Shown in pieces: positions 51,901 to 59,585 of a stretch of 64,000 nucleotides of DNA. Each line of letters begins with the position of its first letter. Position 1 is the first letter of the stretch. The translations under genes and the position numbers were made by a program. Below the pieces are notes generated by a model. The model saw only the letters and a list, made by a program, of their open reading frames with translations, did no database searches and had not been told where the DNA came from. Source of the DNA: a virus (lineage: Duplodnaviria; Caudoviricetes); the IMG/VR virus record IMGVR_UViG_3300044262_000032, positions 25,676-89,675 of that record; one strand, given 5' to 3'.

Positions 51901-53236
51901 CAACACGAAGACGCATTGCCGCAGCCAGCTTCTCTTCTCCAGTAAGTTCAGCTTTAGTTACAGCAGCCGCTGCTCTCTCCGCAATGGCTATCTTCTTTTG
52001 AGCGGCAGCTTCTTCGATTTCAATAATATCGTTCTTGGCCGCCTTAACACGATCTACTTCCTTGGCGATACTTTCAAATAGAGTATTCTTCTCGGAAAAT
52101 GGAACTTTAAGCTGAGCGGTATCCTGCTTCGCCTGCTCTAGAATCTTATCGGTGGCTTCTAATGTAGCATTGAACCCCTTTGCCGCAGTATTAGCCTGAT
52201 CAATTTCTTTTGCAGCTTCAGATAAATGAACGGTAGCTTTAAGATTAGACAGAGCTACCTGAATCGATTTAACTTGATTCTTTACATTAGTTATCGTCGT
52301 AGTGAGGTCGGTAACAGGAGACGCCTTACCCTTAAAAGCAATAATAACTTCACGAGTAGAAGACTTCGGAAAGGTCTTCTCAAGTGTAGTCTGAACATTC
52401 TTCCAGGCGTCAATAACCTTCTTAGTAGCTGCTACTTCATCTGCCTCAATTCTTCGTAGAGCTTCGGCATTTAGCTTAACGCGAGCAGCCTCATAGGTCT
52501 TCCAAGCAGCAAGCAATGAAGCAGCGGACGTATCTGCTGCCACTCCACCCGCTTCAGGTGTAACCTCCTTCTTACGAGCTGTTCTCTTCCGTTTTGATCC
52601 CTCTTCTACTGCTTTTACTTCTTTATCTTGACCCTCTTGAACAATCTTTACTTCGGCATCAGTTGCTATTTTAGTATCAGTTACTTCGCCCTGAAGTAGC
52701 GCCTTTTTCTCTTTCTTCAGCGCCTTCATGACGTTCTTCATCTCTTCAAGGTTCTGCTTTAGGTCTTGTAGAGACTCAGGCGCAGCCGTTCCCTTACTAC
52801 CACGACTAATTTCACTGAGATCGTGTTTAAGACTTACAGCAGCAAGTTCAGCCTGATCCATCTTGCCGATGATTTCGGCAAGCTTAGAGGCAATAGGGGA
52901 GAGTCCAGCAATAGCGTCTTGACCTAGACCTTTTAGTGCAGCCTGAATCTTATCGGTATTAATACCCTTCGCGTCGAATTCTTTCTTTAGATCAATATTA
53001 GAAAGAGCTTCTTCTAGAAAACGAATGGCATTGTTAATGATACGAATCTGTTCTTCAACATCTTTACCACTAAAATCAAAAAGTTCCGCAAAGCGTGTAC
53101 CAGCAGTAGCGGGCTTAGCAAGTATCTCCTCGATAACTTTTGCTACCTTCTCAGCATCCTGAGTCAGACCTGGAACCTGGTCACGTAGCTTGGATACTAA
53201 GTTGATTACTACATTAAGTTCAGCTGTACCTGCCAT
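45941..53236 (-). CDS. tail tape measure protein (TP901-type core)
   Basis: 2431 aa Ala/Lys/Glu-rich coiled coil; ALELGSTTIYSSQQIADGM..GTQLR core; C-terminal GGHLPGYGGGD..LESGEYV. Confidence 0.95.
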   Translation of the reverse strand: MAGTAELNVVINLVSKLRDQVPGLTQDAEKVAKVIEEILAKPATAGTRFAELFDFSGKDVEEQIRIINNAIRFLEEALSNIDLKKEFDAKGINTDKIQAALKGLGQDAIAGLSPIASKLAEIIGKMDQAELAAVSLKHDLSEISRGSKGTAAPESLQDLKQNLEEMKNVMKALKKEKKALLQGEVTDTKIATDAEVKIVQEGQDKEVKAVEEGSKRKRTARKKEVTPEAGGVAADTSAASLLAAWKTYEAARVKLNAEALRRIEADEVAATKKVIDAWKNVQTTLEKTFPKSSTREVIIAFKGKASPVTDLTTTITNVKNQVKSIQVALSNLKATVHLSEAAKEIDQANTAAKGFNATLEATDKILEQAKQDTAQLKVPFSEKNTLFESIAKEVDRVKAAKNDIIEIEEAAAQKKIAIAERAAAAVTKAELTGEEKLAAAMRLRVDASRVAADRRLGIERETFNKIAAIYQGLMKSEAELKAKEIAAWRAAAEEKRKLKLQELQEQQRLAQNAAFNKVQSGTNRYDESLARARENIARVTAELTKLDQKIELQKKHEYVIKVLLEASPAVPFSEGIANLKKSLAGLPDEATLTIKVVGLQKAVDDAEDAAVQIAQAQQRIADARLLKESAMSPEAKKMAEEEMRLAKEELAAWTTAYRERSQVATAMYNEIKAEAKASNAEQEKIIKEVAAENKQAAKGTAEARKQQAKEEEKLLKELAKESKRIFSDMAKDRKAKAKEEEAIVKATIQENLVLLRNLAAQKRALNKEEQEQQKKIWREISATQKAQMKESIILAKEAALSARKALDDAVGSGSLGSSKKVAESYNAIKKEIKNLEALQRQAALAAKTGNLEVAGSLDKNVKESMLRVEGELKKLGLSWDQVKNSGLDATKMWEDRMTTMSYRFSHIGFQLGIVGAAATAVFVKPLEAQKEFQKSIEYTNAILGGSQEQMEQLRKTALELGSTTIYSSQQIADGMRALAQAGLSAEEAMKGVKPLLDFASAGMLNLDEAARIAISTMNQFGLSLADLPDITNQIQAAANKTNAEVKDFGEALKNVGPTAKAVGASLKETNLALGVLSQAGINASTAGTQLRGVYRRLLEASNEGSKAGKIFKELGLSVTDAAGNFKELEVILQELKAATADMSEVERAAKVYEIFGQRAGGPAVIAMLNAGQGAFDKLKKSIAEAADAQAIAAQRGEGLWGTLEKLKNSFTALIQEIGYSEGSFLKGLIDGLVSFVNAVRTALQMSPALKAMVTGFLSLSAVAGAIFLVSSAFALMASNILSVLGVAGPAKKMLDTLILTMKGYTAEQIALQAAQKGAIATTGAQIVATNGLTASFKALGVAQRAVLVIMAALAAFEVGQAIYQWVKGITEANEQIDELGARVEKFKLALEKPVTTKAQFALYSEEQKKAEIKRASEAKQALTALIEELNVKIAKKRRFFGDTKELEKELTDATKRLKEWTDTEGWLRIKPTVDQSASTKVKKDIVTLIEDADILFGNSKLGIKKFDIGKVVDEIQKARDTFWNFAQTLDDGKASAATKELQGAFKDLGLAIDENTAGRLQSIREFNDKALSSIVDYYTAAMDETKNYLDESGSVDQELFERRNESYADTITALEDMYTEARTKMDEYSADIIQAEKDLAEARVEAHNWYLDQIEVSDKVKTAKRKAEELRAARDAAIAQAEAYSKAGDTKRFEAQVREAMKLEAELGKAVKDELAAIAQAGIKAEEKLGIAREKLGDVREKREQRIADKQASNSEAELRRSNQIEEAERRLADIRERQGLAKTEKERLSLRQQEEAVLRRISELERRSATDSEKAARSLGRLSSESAREENLKDSTKELEAQAAALHRMEGSSDELMRKTAQYAREQDAVREGVVDIEGTTALAAEHTRVSLTLSNLLVAAHEQEVTQLKAAREVWVETATQAGLTKAAVEAVNNNFGNLKIAENGSEELKKLQAEFAKQELKLSLKAESKDERIFEILDIASGKKLDIKVPLKLEGAKALDTTLRSLFEATKKDFSITAKIDPEAKRAVDDFKKDLGKTINLNVDASAAKAGATEIDKLLTSTFVKVERDGKAVWTNIAKEGERVFTTFDIESGAMKAGESYGVLLTEGISKETKNFNPLQGFVPAEQGATDAQAYTASLAKEVVPGATVAATNVSTALTTGVQTAATATVEIAKTAGEEAGTSWAGKFGEFIGQGLGTATRYIVDWGKSLIDYFGNLVLDLVRWLFDKESWKAGIRSLISLFKDDLPAGLKIVFKELGKGLYLVFIEPFKKFGEFLKGVLKGFKFTFSGTASETKDEENKPTGRFGGLVSFARGMAQGGHLPGYGGGDRHLTLLESGEYVLPKEAVRGIGVDTLNAIRALFLRGLGLPSFTVGIPRMATGGLVQSAAGGAGLYTLNLNINGGKYPMYGEKAVIEAFMNTMKKEGMTRR

Positions 53237-53907
53237 TTACTCCAGCCCCCTAAATCCCGCCCGGTGCGCTGCTAGGAAGAGATCGGCATCTTCCCCATTT
53301 TGGTCGCCCTGCCCCTTCTGTACACGTATCTCCTTTACGAAATTCTTGACGGCCTTGCCGTCACCCTGAGATGCAATGAAGGACTGAACTACTGTCCTGC
53401 GGTCGCTGATATTTTGGAGGTGTTGAATACTCTCTACAAACGCCTCGATGCGGCAAAGGGGATAACCCTCTACCGCATCTGGCGGATGCCCGTTCTCTAT
53501 AAGGATTTGTGCCAGATCGATTAAATCGATATGGACTGTATCCTCGGTAGGAGGGCGCTGAGTTTTTTTTTGACATCATCATTAAAGTTCTGTCGCACGA
53601 TCACCATTAATAGTCCAAGACCATCCGAGAGTGTAATATTGTCGAACCACTCTCGATCCTTCTTTAGAACCATCATCATGACCCCGATGATCTCTTCAAA
53701 TGCTACGGAGAAGACGCGCCCAATATCTTCCGCCGATAGCTTCTCTAAATCTACACCAGCGATGGTGAGCTTAGAGATAATGGAGGCTAGCGCCTCCCCG
53801 AATGCTGTCAGTTTCCCGAACGGCACCGGAGAGACGCTAACCTCTTCACCGCTTTCCAACTTCACGATCTCCGCTGGGAAGATCTTTTTCAGCTCCTCAT
53901 ATGCCAT
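53237..53907 (-). CDS. tail assembly chaperone GT (predicted -1 frameshift product)
   Basis: Nine-A run at 53563-53571; -1 frame open to TAA 53237-53239 abutting the tape-measure ATG. Confidence 0.8.
53521..53907 (-). CDS. tail assembly chaperone G
   Basis: Between tail tube and tape measure; ends DVKKKLSAL. Confidence 0.85.
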   Translation of the reverse strand: MAYEELKKIFPAEIVKLESGEEVSVSPVPFGKLTAFGEALASIISKLTIAGVDLEKLSAEDIGRVFSVAFEEIIGVMMMVLKKDREWFDNITLSDGLGLLMVIVRQNFNDDVKKKLSALLPRIQSISI

Positions 53908-53936
53908 GACTATCCGCCCTCTAGTCCGTTATATGG

Positions 53937-55010
53937 TTAGCCGATCTTACCGCGGTCAGTCACCTGCACCAGACCAGGTACGCCTGTGACTTCAAGGAAT
54001 TCAACCGTGAAGCCGACCTGCATCCAGTCGGTACCGATGGCTGCGAAGTCCCCGTTAGGAGTGAGGGAGCAGTACCCCTGCACATCGACAATACGACCAG
54101 TTGGCGGGTTGCCAACGAAGTACAGGTCGCCCTTGAGCGATGTGAGTGTACCACCATCAGTTGTAGTACGAGTCGAATTCGCAGAGTAAACAGTAGTTGC
54201 GAATGTGACAGTGGCTGCCGCAGCAATGTTACCACCGCTCAGAGCCATGAAAAGACCAGCGGCCTTGTCGAGGACAAAGTCGGTGTTCTCAACAGAACCT
54301 GAGACAGTAGCTGAGGTGAGGTTTGTGAGACGAGTTGCGCCACTGTAGTCGATGGCAAACGAGAAGATGTCGCCAACTGCGTTGAGAGTACCGTCATCGA
54401 ATGTAAAGATGACGCCGTTTAGCTCCCCGTCGCCAGCAACGCCGGTGTAGGCGCTACCAGTCAGCGAACGAGCAGTGCCCCAGTCCCCGCCGTCAAGCGA
54501 GAGCTGGATTGTGCCAGTTGCGCCAGTTGTGACTACCTTCACCTTGACCGTGTGGGCTCGGGTAACAGCTGCGAGTGAGCCACTGATCGTCAGCTCGGCA
54601 GTACCAGTGTTTTCCGAAGCACCAGTTGTTGCGCCAGCGCCCGGAAGACTCGCTGTACCAGTGCCAGCCAGAGTCATCTGATACCAACGATCGAGAACGA
54701 TGTTGGCAATTGATGCTGCGGCAGTTGACCCGGAAGCCTGTGCGTCAGTCGTAGCTTCAGTTGACATGAAGAACATGCGAAGGTTCTCAGCGTTCGGCTC
54801 GTCAAGAGTGAACGATCCACCCATGCCAAGACGAGTGATAACTTCGAGGTCCTTCTTCGACAGACCTTCACGTGAGCTGAAGTGCTCCAGCTTTTCGATT
54901 GTTACGTTGACAGCGAACGCCGGAGCGTTCCCAAGGTCAATGTATCCATCAGTTCCATCGGGCTGGAATAGAACCTTGCCCTTCCCAAGTGTGTAATCTC
55001 TTGTAGCCAT
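53937..55010 (-). CDS. major tail (tube) protein
   Basis: YTLGKGKVLF..DLGNAPAF..EKLEHFSSREG..FTLDEPNAENL. Confidence 0.9.
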   Translation of the reverse strand: MATRDYTLGKGKVLFQPDGTDGYIDLGNAPAFAVNVTIEKLEHFSSREGLSKKDLEVITRLGMGGSFTLDEPNAENLRMFFMSTEATTDAQASGSTAAASIANIVLDRWYQMTLAGTGTASLPGAGATTGASENTGTAELTISGSLAAVTRAHTVKVKVVTTGATGTIQLSLDGGDWGTARSLTGSAYTGVAGDGELNGVIFTFDDGTLNAVGDIFSFAIDYSGATRLTNLTSATVSGSVENTDFVLDKAAGLFMALSGGNIAAAATVTFATTVYSANSTRTTTDGGTLTSLKGDLYFVGNPPTGRIVDVQGYCSLTPNGDFAAIGTDWMQVGFTVEFLEVTGVPGLVQVTDRGKIG

Positions 55011-55031
55011 TTTACTTTCCTCCGTTTGTTG

Positions 55032-55487
55032 TTACTTGAATGGGTTTTTTACCCATCCAGCGTCCTTCATGTACGTAAACATGAACAAGAATTCCACATC
55101 TAGTACGCCCTCATCGTACCAGAGTATGGCGCTCTCGTCCAGAGTATAACTGATGCAGAGATTATGTTCATCTGCATCAGCAAACCGCTCATCAAGCTCG
55201 ATGGCCAGCCTGATTCGCTCCATATGTTCATTACCTATTGTATACATCTCCTTGGGGTCGCACTGTAGCCAGTAGGAGACGGAGACCGGGAATGTACATA
55301 GGTAGGCACCACGAGTCTCTGGACCCATCTCTAATGTTTCTGGGAGGTCAAAGACAAAAAAGTGGTCATACGTAGATACATTCTCGGAGGTGAACCCGCG
55401 ATCAATCTGACTGGAAGGATAAACTAGAGCTAGACGGCGCATAAGCTCAACCATTATCTGTTCCCGTCTAGAAACGATCTCTACCAT
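55032..55487 (-). CDS. putative tail terminator
   Basis: Position before tail tube; SRREQIM..L..RL; acidic. Confidence 0.65.
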   Translation of the reverse strand: MVEIVSRREQIMVELMRRLALVYPSSQIDRGFTSENVSTYDHFFVFDLPETLEMGPETRGAYLCTFPVSVSYWLQCDPKEMYTIGNEHMERIRLAIELDERFADADEHNLCISYTLDESAILWYDEGVLDVEFLFMFTYMKDAGWVKNPFK

Positions 55488-55498
55488 TTTCCCCTCGC

Positions 55499-55516
55499 TT
55501 TTCAAGCGCTTGTAAA
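55499..55516. promoter_or_regulatory. 18-bp palindromic site, copy 6
   Basis: TTTACAAGCGCTTGAAAA on the minus strand, directly before the SD of 55487. Confidence 0.65.
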
Positions 55517-55599
55517 GCTCTAAGCCAGTGTCTCCCTCTAGGGCGGATTCGAGTTCAACTTACGGGGTCTGGCCACCCGCTTGGGGCTTATCCCAAGCT

Positions 55600-56163
55600 C
55601 TATGCGATATTTTGCACCTCAGCCCATCGCTCAATTCCCTTGACTAGGATATCAGAAAGTTTATCAAAGTCCAGCAAAACTTCTCTATCTTCTTCACTAG
55701 ATAGGAAGCCTGCCTCAACAATTACAGTGGGGATTCCTGGCGTATTTAGGAGCGCTAACTTTCGACCAAGATCAGTTAAGTCATGCTTTACCCCTCGATC
55801 TCGTAGAGTTACCCCTTCATTTAACGCCTTGTTAATCGCATCAGCGAGAACAAGATCGTCATCCTCTCTGTAGATAACTTCGTGACCAGTAGCTTTTGCG
55901 TTGGCTGACGAGTTGCAATGAACACTAATTGCAGCATCGGGCTCAGCATCAATGATTCTACGGGCTCTAGCTCCTGGTGAGATATAGATATCTGAGTCTC
56001 TAGAGAGCAGTAGCTCCCAAGTTGGATGCTTTTCTTCAATAAGAACCTTCATTCGTAATACGGTTCCGAGAGTTAGATCCTTCTCATTAAGGGTAGAGAC
56101 CTCAGTTTTGGCCACTGCGCCAGGATCCGTACCACCATGACCAGCATCTAGAAATACTTTCAT
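55600..56163 (-). CDS. N-acetylmuramoyl-L-alanine amidase (Amidase_3), probable endolysin
   Basis: VFLDAGHGGTDPGA..EKDL..ISVHCNS..GHEV..VIVEAGF. Confidence 0.93.
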   Translation of the reverse strand: MKVFLDAGHGGTDPGAVAKTEVSTLNEKDLTLGTVLRMKVLIEEKHPTWELLLSRDSDIYISPGARARRIIDAEPDAAISVHCNSSANAKATGHEVIYREDDDLVLADAINKALNEGVTLRDRGVKHDLTDLGRKLALLNTPGIPTVIVEAGFLSSEEDREVLLDFDKLSDILVKGIERWAEVQNIA

Positions 56164-57281
56164 TAATCTTCGCCCTTTCCTTCCCAACCGTGATACCACG
56201 TGCTTTCATCGCCTAGTTCAAGATTCTCCGCAACCACATCGAAGATAGAACGACCAAGTTCCCGCAAATCTTTACTAAGCGCGTCCTCAAACTCTGATAC
56301 GTCCTCCTCAGTTCTAGTAACCGCACCAGTCACAGTTTTTTTCATTACGTCAGTAGTGGTAATCTTAACGCGGGAAACTGCCGAGGCAAGAGCACCGAGA
56401 CTGTTCACAGCCCCGCGAGTAAACCAAACTGGAGCATTAACACTTGTCTCAGAAAGACCAAATCTAGCTGCGAGAGGTGATTTAGGCTGTCTAGCTCTCT
56501 TAGCAAATCGTCTGGAAGTCCCAAATACGCCAGTAGCCGAATCTAACGCAAGATACATCCCAATTGCCACCTGCCGTAGAGTTCCACGAGTCTTCTTTCT
56601 GCCTAAACTATCCGTTCTTTTGATCTTTGGTCGTTTTTGAAATCGACCAGTAACAGGGTTACGATATCTCTTAGTTTTTTGATCTCGTAGAAACTCTGGC
56701 TTGTACCTCATAACTAGTCTAACGCCAGGACTAATTCGCTTCCAAAAGACACCTGGCTGGGAGAGATCTTCTTTGATCTTTGCGCTATCCACCCACGGTC
56801 GGCCACCATCTGCTCCACCAGCCGACGCTCGCCCAGCTGCGTTTAGCCAGGAAGCTAGTGGAACCATATAGGCCTTTCCTTTGATTGCCCCGCCTTTAGC
56901 ACGACCCATTTCAAGGGAAAAAGCCTTCTTTCGCTCTTCATCGTTTGGGAATGTTGCATAAGCACGAAAACGAGTTGTTAGCCCGGAACCAACTGGCTCA
57001 GTTATCCTAACTCCAACCCCATTTAAGAGTTGGCCACTTCGAACCCACATACTATTCTTGATCGAATTCTTTAATTGCGGACGAAACACCTTCTCCGACC
57101 AGATTCTAAGAACTCTCGCAAAGTCATTTTTGGCCCAGTCGTCGAAGTCACTGATAGCTGAAGTAAAAGCAGTACTGATTCGCTTACCAGGGAATGTCCC
57201 CTGATACCCGATAAAGTCACCAACGGTCATCTTCGAGCCGCGTGGTGCACGTTTTCCGCTCTTAGGTACGCCTCGTGGCAT
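56163..57281 (-). CDS. basic head-tail/neck morphogenesis protein (HK97 gp10-like, expanded)
   Basis: Neck position; VRSGQLLNGV..LEMG; very basic. Confidence 0.55.
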   Translation of the reverse strand: MPRGVPKSGKRAPRGSKMTVGDFIGYQGTFPGKRISTAFTSAISDFDDWAKNDFARVLRIWSEKVFRPQLKNSIKNSMWVRSGQLLNGVGVRITEPVGSGLTTRFRAYATFPNDEERKKAFSLEMGRAKGGAIKGKAYMVPLASWLNAAGRASAGGADGGRPWVDSAKIKEDLSQPGVFWKRISPGVRLVMRYKPEFLRDQKTKRYRNPVTGRFQKRPKIKRTDSLGRKKTRGTLRQVAIGMYLALDSATGVFGTSRRFAKRARQPKSPLAARFGLSETSVNAPVWFTRGAVNSLGALASAVSRVKITTTDVMKKTVTGAVTRTEEDVSEFEDALSKDLRELGRSIFDVVAENLELGDESTWYHGWEGKGED

Positions 57282-57889
57282 TATTCACCATCAACGGTGT
57301 AGCCGGTTCCGTTGTACATCAATTCATCGAGTAGCTGCTTTACGCTCTCGATTATTTCGCCACTATCGGCTGGAGTTCTAGCTACACCCTTCTCACCGGA
57401 GGTCTCACTGAGACCATAGGTGTCTCTGCGGTGATAGTTTGCAATAGTCTGCATCATAACCGCTGTGTACAGAGTATTATTATCCTCGATGAGCTTAATA
57501 CCAGCAGTTGACGAGAATTCAATATTTGGATAACGTGGATTGCCAACACTATCTACAGTATCGTTGTATAGTACAAGACTATTACGAACGATCTTATAGT
57601 TATCCGTAGTGACCTCCACGCCATCCTGAATCACCTGAATAGGCTGCGTTCTGTCCAACGGAATAGTACGAAAAAGAGTAGGCCCTGTGTAATAGTCGAA
57701 ATACTCGGTACGCGCTCCCCAATGAAATGGACGACGACAGAATCTGCAAATTTGGATGTATGCGATTTTCGCACAGGCAGTTACAGTCGCGTCCGTCTCT
57801 TTTACTACTTTCTGAGCATCTACAATATTTTTAAGGGTCGCAACCTCTGCGATCACCTTTCTTAGAAAGTCTGTGGGCAGCGCTGCCAT
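57281..57889 (-). CDS. head-tail connector/adaptor
   Basis: ICRFCRRPF..TEYF..A..Q.IANYHRR; follows capsid cluster. Confidence 0.7.
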   Translation of the reverse strand: MAALPTDFLRKVIAEVATLKNIVDAQKVVKETDATVTACAKIAYIQICRFCRRPFHWGARTEYFDYYTGPTLFRTIPLDRTQPIQVIQDGVEVTTDNYKIVRNSLVLYNDTVDSVGNPRYPNIEFSSTAGIKLIEDNNTLYTAVMMQTIANYHRRDTYGLSETSGEKGVARTPADSGEIIESVKQLLDELMYNGTGYTVDGE

Positions 57890-57898
57890 AGTATCTCC

Positions 57899-58312
57899 TT
57901 ATAGGGCGGCCTTACGAGGGCGCCCTCTTCCACGCTTAGGCGCTACAACATCACCAGCAACTCCAGATGCCAAAGCTGGCTGTTCAGCCACAGGAGTTAG
58001 AACAGCTGGCTCAACAATAACCGGCGACTCACTAACAACAGTCGGCATTGGAGGCGCAACTTCCAACTTAGTTTCAATTTTGGGAGCAGGCTGTTCTACA
58101 ACACCAGTCTTCGGATCCCATCTCTCAATAGTCTTTACTCGCACATTTAGCTTTTCCCAGCCAAAAGGAGGATTTTCAAACTCAGATGGATACGCCTGAA
58201 AGAATGCTGGAGGCGCCTTGATAAACACTCCACGATTCAAGAAAACCCCTCGGTACTGGTCAAAGATACCTGACTTCGCCTTCTTAATCTGCATTGTCAT
58301 TGTTCCGCCCAA
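57899..58312 (-). CDS. small head-associated protein with C-terminal AT-hook-like motif
   Basis: Pro/Val-rich linker, PKRGRGRPRK. Confidence 0.65.
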   Translation of the reverse strand: MGGTMTMQIKKAKSGIFDQYRGVFLNRGVFIKAPPAFFQAYPSEFENPPFGWEKLNVRVKTIERWDPKTGVVEQPAPKIETKLEVAPPMPTVVSESPVIVEPAVLTPVAEQPALASGVAGDVVAPKRGRGRPRKAAL

Positions 58313-58320
58313 TCCTTTTC

Positions 58321-58360
58321 AAAGATGAGAGGGAGGGGGCCGAGGCCCCCTCCCCTCTCT
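58321..58360 (-). terminator. terminator-like hairpin after the capsid gene
   Basis: GAGAGGGAGGGGGC/GCCCCCTCCCCTCTC stem, T-rich tail on the minus strand. Confidence 0.7.
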
Positions 58361-58370
58361 AGTTTACTGC

Positions 58371-59561
58371 TTAGGCGTGAGTCTTCAGAGCGCACAGAGT
58401 GTCGGGGAGAACGGCCTTGAAGCCGATACGCTCCACGAAACGGAAGTGCGTCTGGAAGTTAGCGAACCCGACGAGATCGGTGCTCGCAACGCTAAGGCTC
58501 ATACGGTCACCCATGTACATATTCTTCAGGTTCCCGAAGAGAACGAAGCGCTGGTCAGCATCGGCCCCACCAGAGTTCGCACGAAGAGTCTCGACCTCAA
58601 CAATCGGGTAGCCCCAGATTGTAGCAGGACCAGACACGCTTGGGTGCTGATAGATGTACATCCCATCAACAGTCTTCAGAGTACGAATAAGCGCCATGAC
58701 CGAGCGGTGCATATAGAACTTAGCACCAGCAAGCGCACCGCGGCTGAGCTGCAGAGTCATGTTGAGAAGATCCTCAGCAGTCATCGAGCTGATAGCAGTG
58801 CCCGAAGTGGTCACGGTCTTCCCAGCAGAAGGAACAGCGCCGAGGTAGTTTGAGCTGTCGCCAACTGCGGCAACGAACCCAACACGATCCTCTTCCTTCG
58901 CAAGGAACTCACCAACAAGCGTGGCGATCAGAGACGCGATCGGAAGAGCCGCGTCCTGAAGCAGTTCGTTCGAAGTCGGAACCAGAGCTGCCAGCTTACG
59001 GCAGGTCATGGTCACGTTAGCGAACTGCGCCCAGCTTGGGGTGATAGCCGCGTTTTCGTTTACCCAGTAGGTAGGCCCGGCAGGCTGACCACCGTCTGTC
59101 CACTCACCGTTGTAAACAGGGAACTGCATCTCGTCGCGAGTCATCGGAACGATCTGGAACTCCTGACGAGCCACACCATACTGCTCGATAATGCGGAGCA
59201 GAGTAGGCTTGAACTCGACAGGAACGAGGTAACCCCCGTCTGCCTCAGCTCCGCCACCACCGTCACCGGCGTTGTTTTCGTTCATCTGCTTGATGACGTT
59301 GTCGTCATGACGAGCAGCCGCGCGCATGAAGCGAGCGAACTCAACCGCGTGCTCCTTGGTTTCCCACGGAACTTCCACGCCGCGTGAGTGCTGAACGAAC
59401 GCTGCCTTTGCAGGGTTGAGAGCCGCAAGAGTCTCAACCTGACCGGCCAGACGCGCGATTTCCTTGTCGAAGGTTGCCTTCATAGTTGCGATTTCGGCAC
59501 CCTGCCCCTCGAACTTCTCAAGAGCCTTCTCTACTAGACCTTCAAACTTCGCTGTATCCAT
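58371..59561 (-). CDS. HK97-fold major capsid protein
   Basis: DGGYLVPVEF..ELLQDA..I.GYPIV..VLFGNL..ERIGFK. Confidence 0.95.
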   Translation of the reverse strand: MDTAKFEGLVEKALEKFEGQGAEIATMKATFDKEIARLAGQVETLAALNPAKAAFVQHSRGVEVPWETKEHAVEFARFMRAAARHDDNVIKQMNENNAGDGGGGAEADGGYLVPVEFKPTLLRIIEQYGVARQEFQIVPMTRDEMQFPVYNGEWTDGGQPAGPTYWVNENAAITPSWAQFANVTMTCRKLAALVPTSNELLQDAALPIASLIATLVGEFLAKEEDRVGFVAAVGDSSNYLGAVPSAGKTVTTSGTAISSMTAEDLLNMTLQLSRGALAGAKFYMHRSVMALIRTLKTVDGMYIYQHPSVSGPATIWGYPIVEVETLRANSGGADADQRFVLFGNLKNMYMGDRMSLSVASTDLVGFANFQTHFRFVERIGFKAVLPDTLCALKTHA

Positions 59562-59585
59562 TTTGTTTCCCCCTTGTTTTCTACG

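Noticed and set aside
53361-53582. 73-aa ORF (+1 frame) as the chaperone extension
   Set aside because: The -1 frame has the chaperone-like sequence and ends at the tape-measure start; the +1 frame does not
55517-55600. Ribozyme or riboswitch between amidase and tail terminator
   Set aside because: A hairpin (GCTTGGG/CCCAAGC) and possible GGGTGG/CCGCCC and GCCAG/CTGGC pairings exist, but no known core fits; most simply a terminator or processing region
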